In this document: positions 63,113 through 64,000 of the stretch, one piece after another | Numbering within the stretch: position 1 is the first letter of the stretch | Layout: every line of letters begins with the position of its first letter | NCBI RefSeq assembly: GCF_000143415.4 | Contig: NW_003314263.1 | Coordinates: 1,824,749-1,888,748 of the forward strand | Direction of reading: 5' to 3' | DNA: 64,000 nt | DNA from: Selaginella moellendorffii | Lineage: Eukaryota > Plantae > Lycopodiophyta | Program-made: the position numbers and the translations under genes | The notes under the pieces: model-generated | Told to the model about the DNA's origin: nothing | The model's database searches: none | What the model saw: the letters and a program-made list of their open reading frames with translations, nothing else

Positions 63113-64000
63113 ATCATCAATATAAATGACAATATAAAGATGAAAAAAATCATAAAACATATTATTTGCCATATATTGGAAAATAAAAGAAGTATTGATC
63201 AGACTAATAAGTAGCATCATGTACTTGAAGTGGCTATAACAAGTATAAAATGTTATTTTCCACTCATCACCCCTTTGAATGTAAATGAGGCTATAAGCAC
63301 TATACAAATCAATCTTAGTGAAGAATTAGATATCTGAGATGTTGGAGCAACTCTTTAAGATCAATGGAAATAGATATTAATTAGGAATATACTACTTAAC
63401 ACCTTTAACTCCACTAATGAAAGTTTGTAAATGAAACCAAATGGTGGTGATTTCCACTCTACAAGATCAATAGAACAATTATAAAATTAATGTGCTAGCA
63501 AGATGTTAACTCTCCTCTTGTTAAAAACATCCTTAAGGTTGGTATACTTAAAGGGGAAAATGGACTTAATCATAATAGATAAAGATAGCATTAAATGAAT
63601 TGCATTTGTGAAGACAAAACCATAATCCTGACTATTAGCATCTTGGAACTCATATAAAAAAATATAATAAATTTGGATTGGAAAAAAACAGAAGAAAAAA
63701 GACTTAGAGAAGGGGAGAATTGTTTGATCAACATTATGCCACTTCCATGTTTAACAAACTATGGCATATAAATTAATAATAATAATCACTACTAGTAATT
63801 TAATTGTTTAAAAGAAGAGGAGAAAATAAAAATAGGGGAAAAAGAGGATATAGTATTATTTAAAGATTTATAACTTCTAGAAAATAAGGCATCCCATCTA
63901 ACACACTAAAGTTGTGATAGTGTTGTAAGGAAATTTATTAGTATGATGGTCTAAAACAAACTTTTAACAAAAAAAGACAATTACAATCAAATATTTAAGT
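63113..64000 (-). mobile_element. decayed Tcn1-like gypsy RT N-terminal part and upstream pol
   Basis: GDEWKITF..YSHFKYM...FQYMANNMF...IVIYIDD resembles GDEWKTAF.TRYGHFEY..MPFG...YLDD. Confidence 0.75.

Overview
Compact, intron-rich land-plant nuclear DNA. The short 50-75 nt introns, tight gene spacing and gene set suggest a lycophyte such as Selaginella (inference, not verified). A gene-dense core (~9.5-47 kb) carries a CYP71-clan P450, three near-identical tau-class GSTs plus a collapsed relic, ATG11, an aromatic amino-acid decarboxylase-family gene, DNA primase small subunit, a CLD1-like alpha/beta hydrolase, PsaH, a TPR protein, a SAP-like ORF, Ku70, a GH27 alpha-galactosidase, a GDSL protein and a FAM192A/NIP30-like gene. 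LTR-retrotransposon blocks flank this core. Main observations: (1) The Ty3/gypsy chromovirus at 1-6281 has three short GT-AG insertions in its integrase; splicing them out restores conserved motifs in frame, so they look like spliceosomal introns inside an LTR retrotransposon. (2) A complete Cassandra-like TRIM with 5S rRNA promoter sequence in its LTRs shares its first ~96 bp with a large LTR family related to that chromovirus, which points to a candidate autonomous partner. (3) The decarboxylase has the Tyr->Phe aldehyde-synthase substitution. (4) The GDSL protein lacks its catalytic Ser. (5) A four-level nested TE stack at 50-63 kb can be reconstructed from target-site duplications (TSDs). 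All coordinates and alignments were read by eye.
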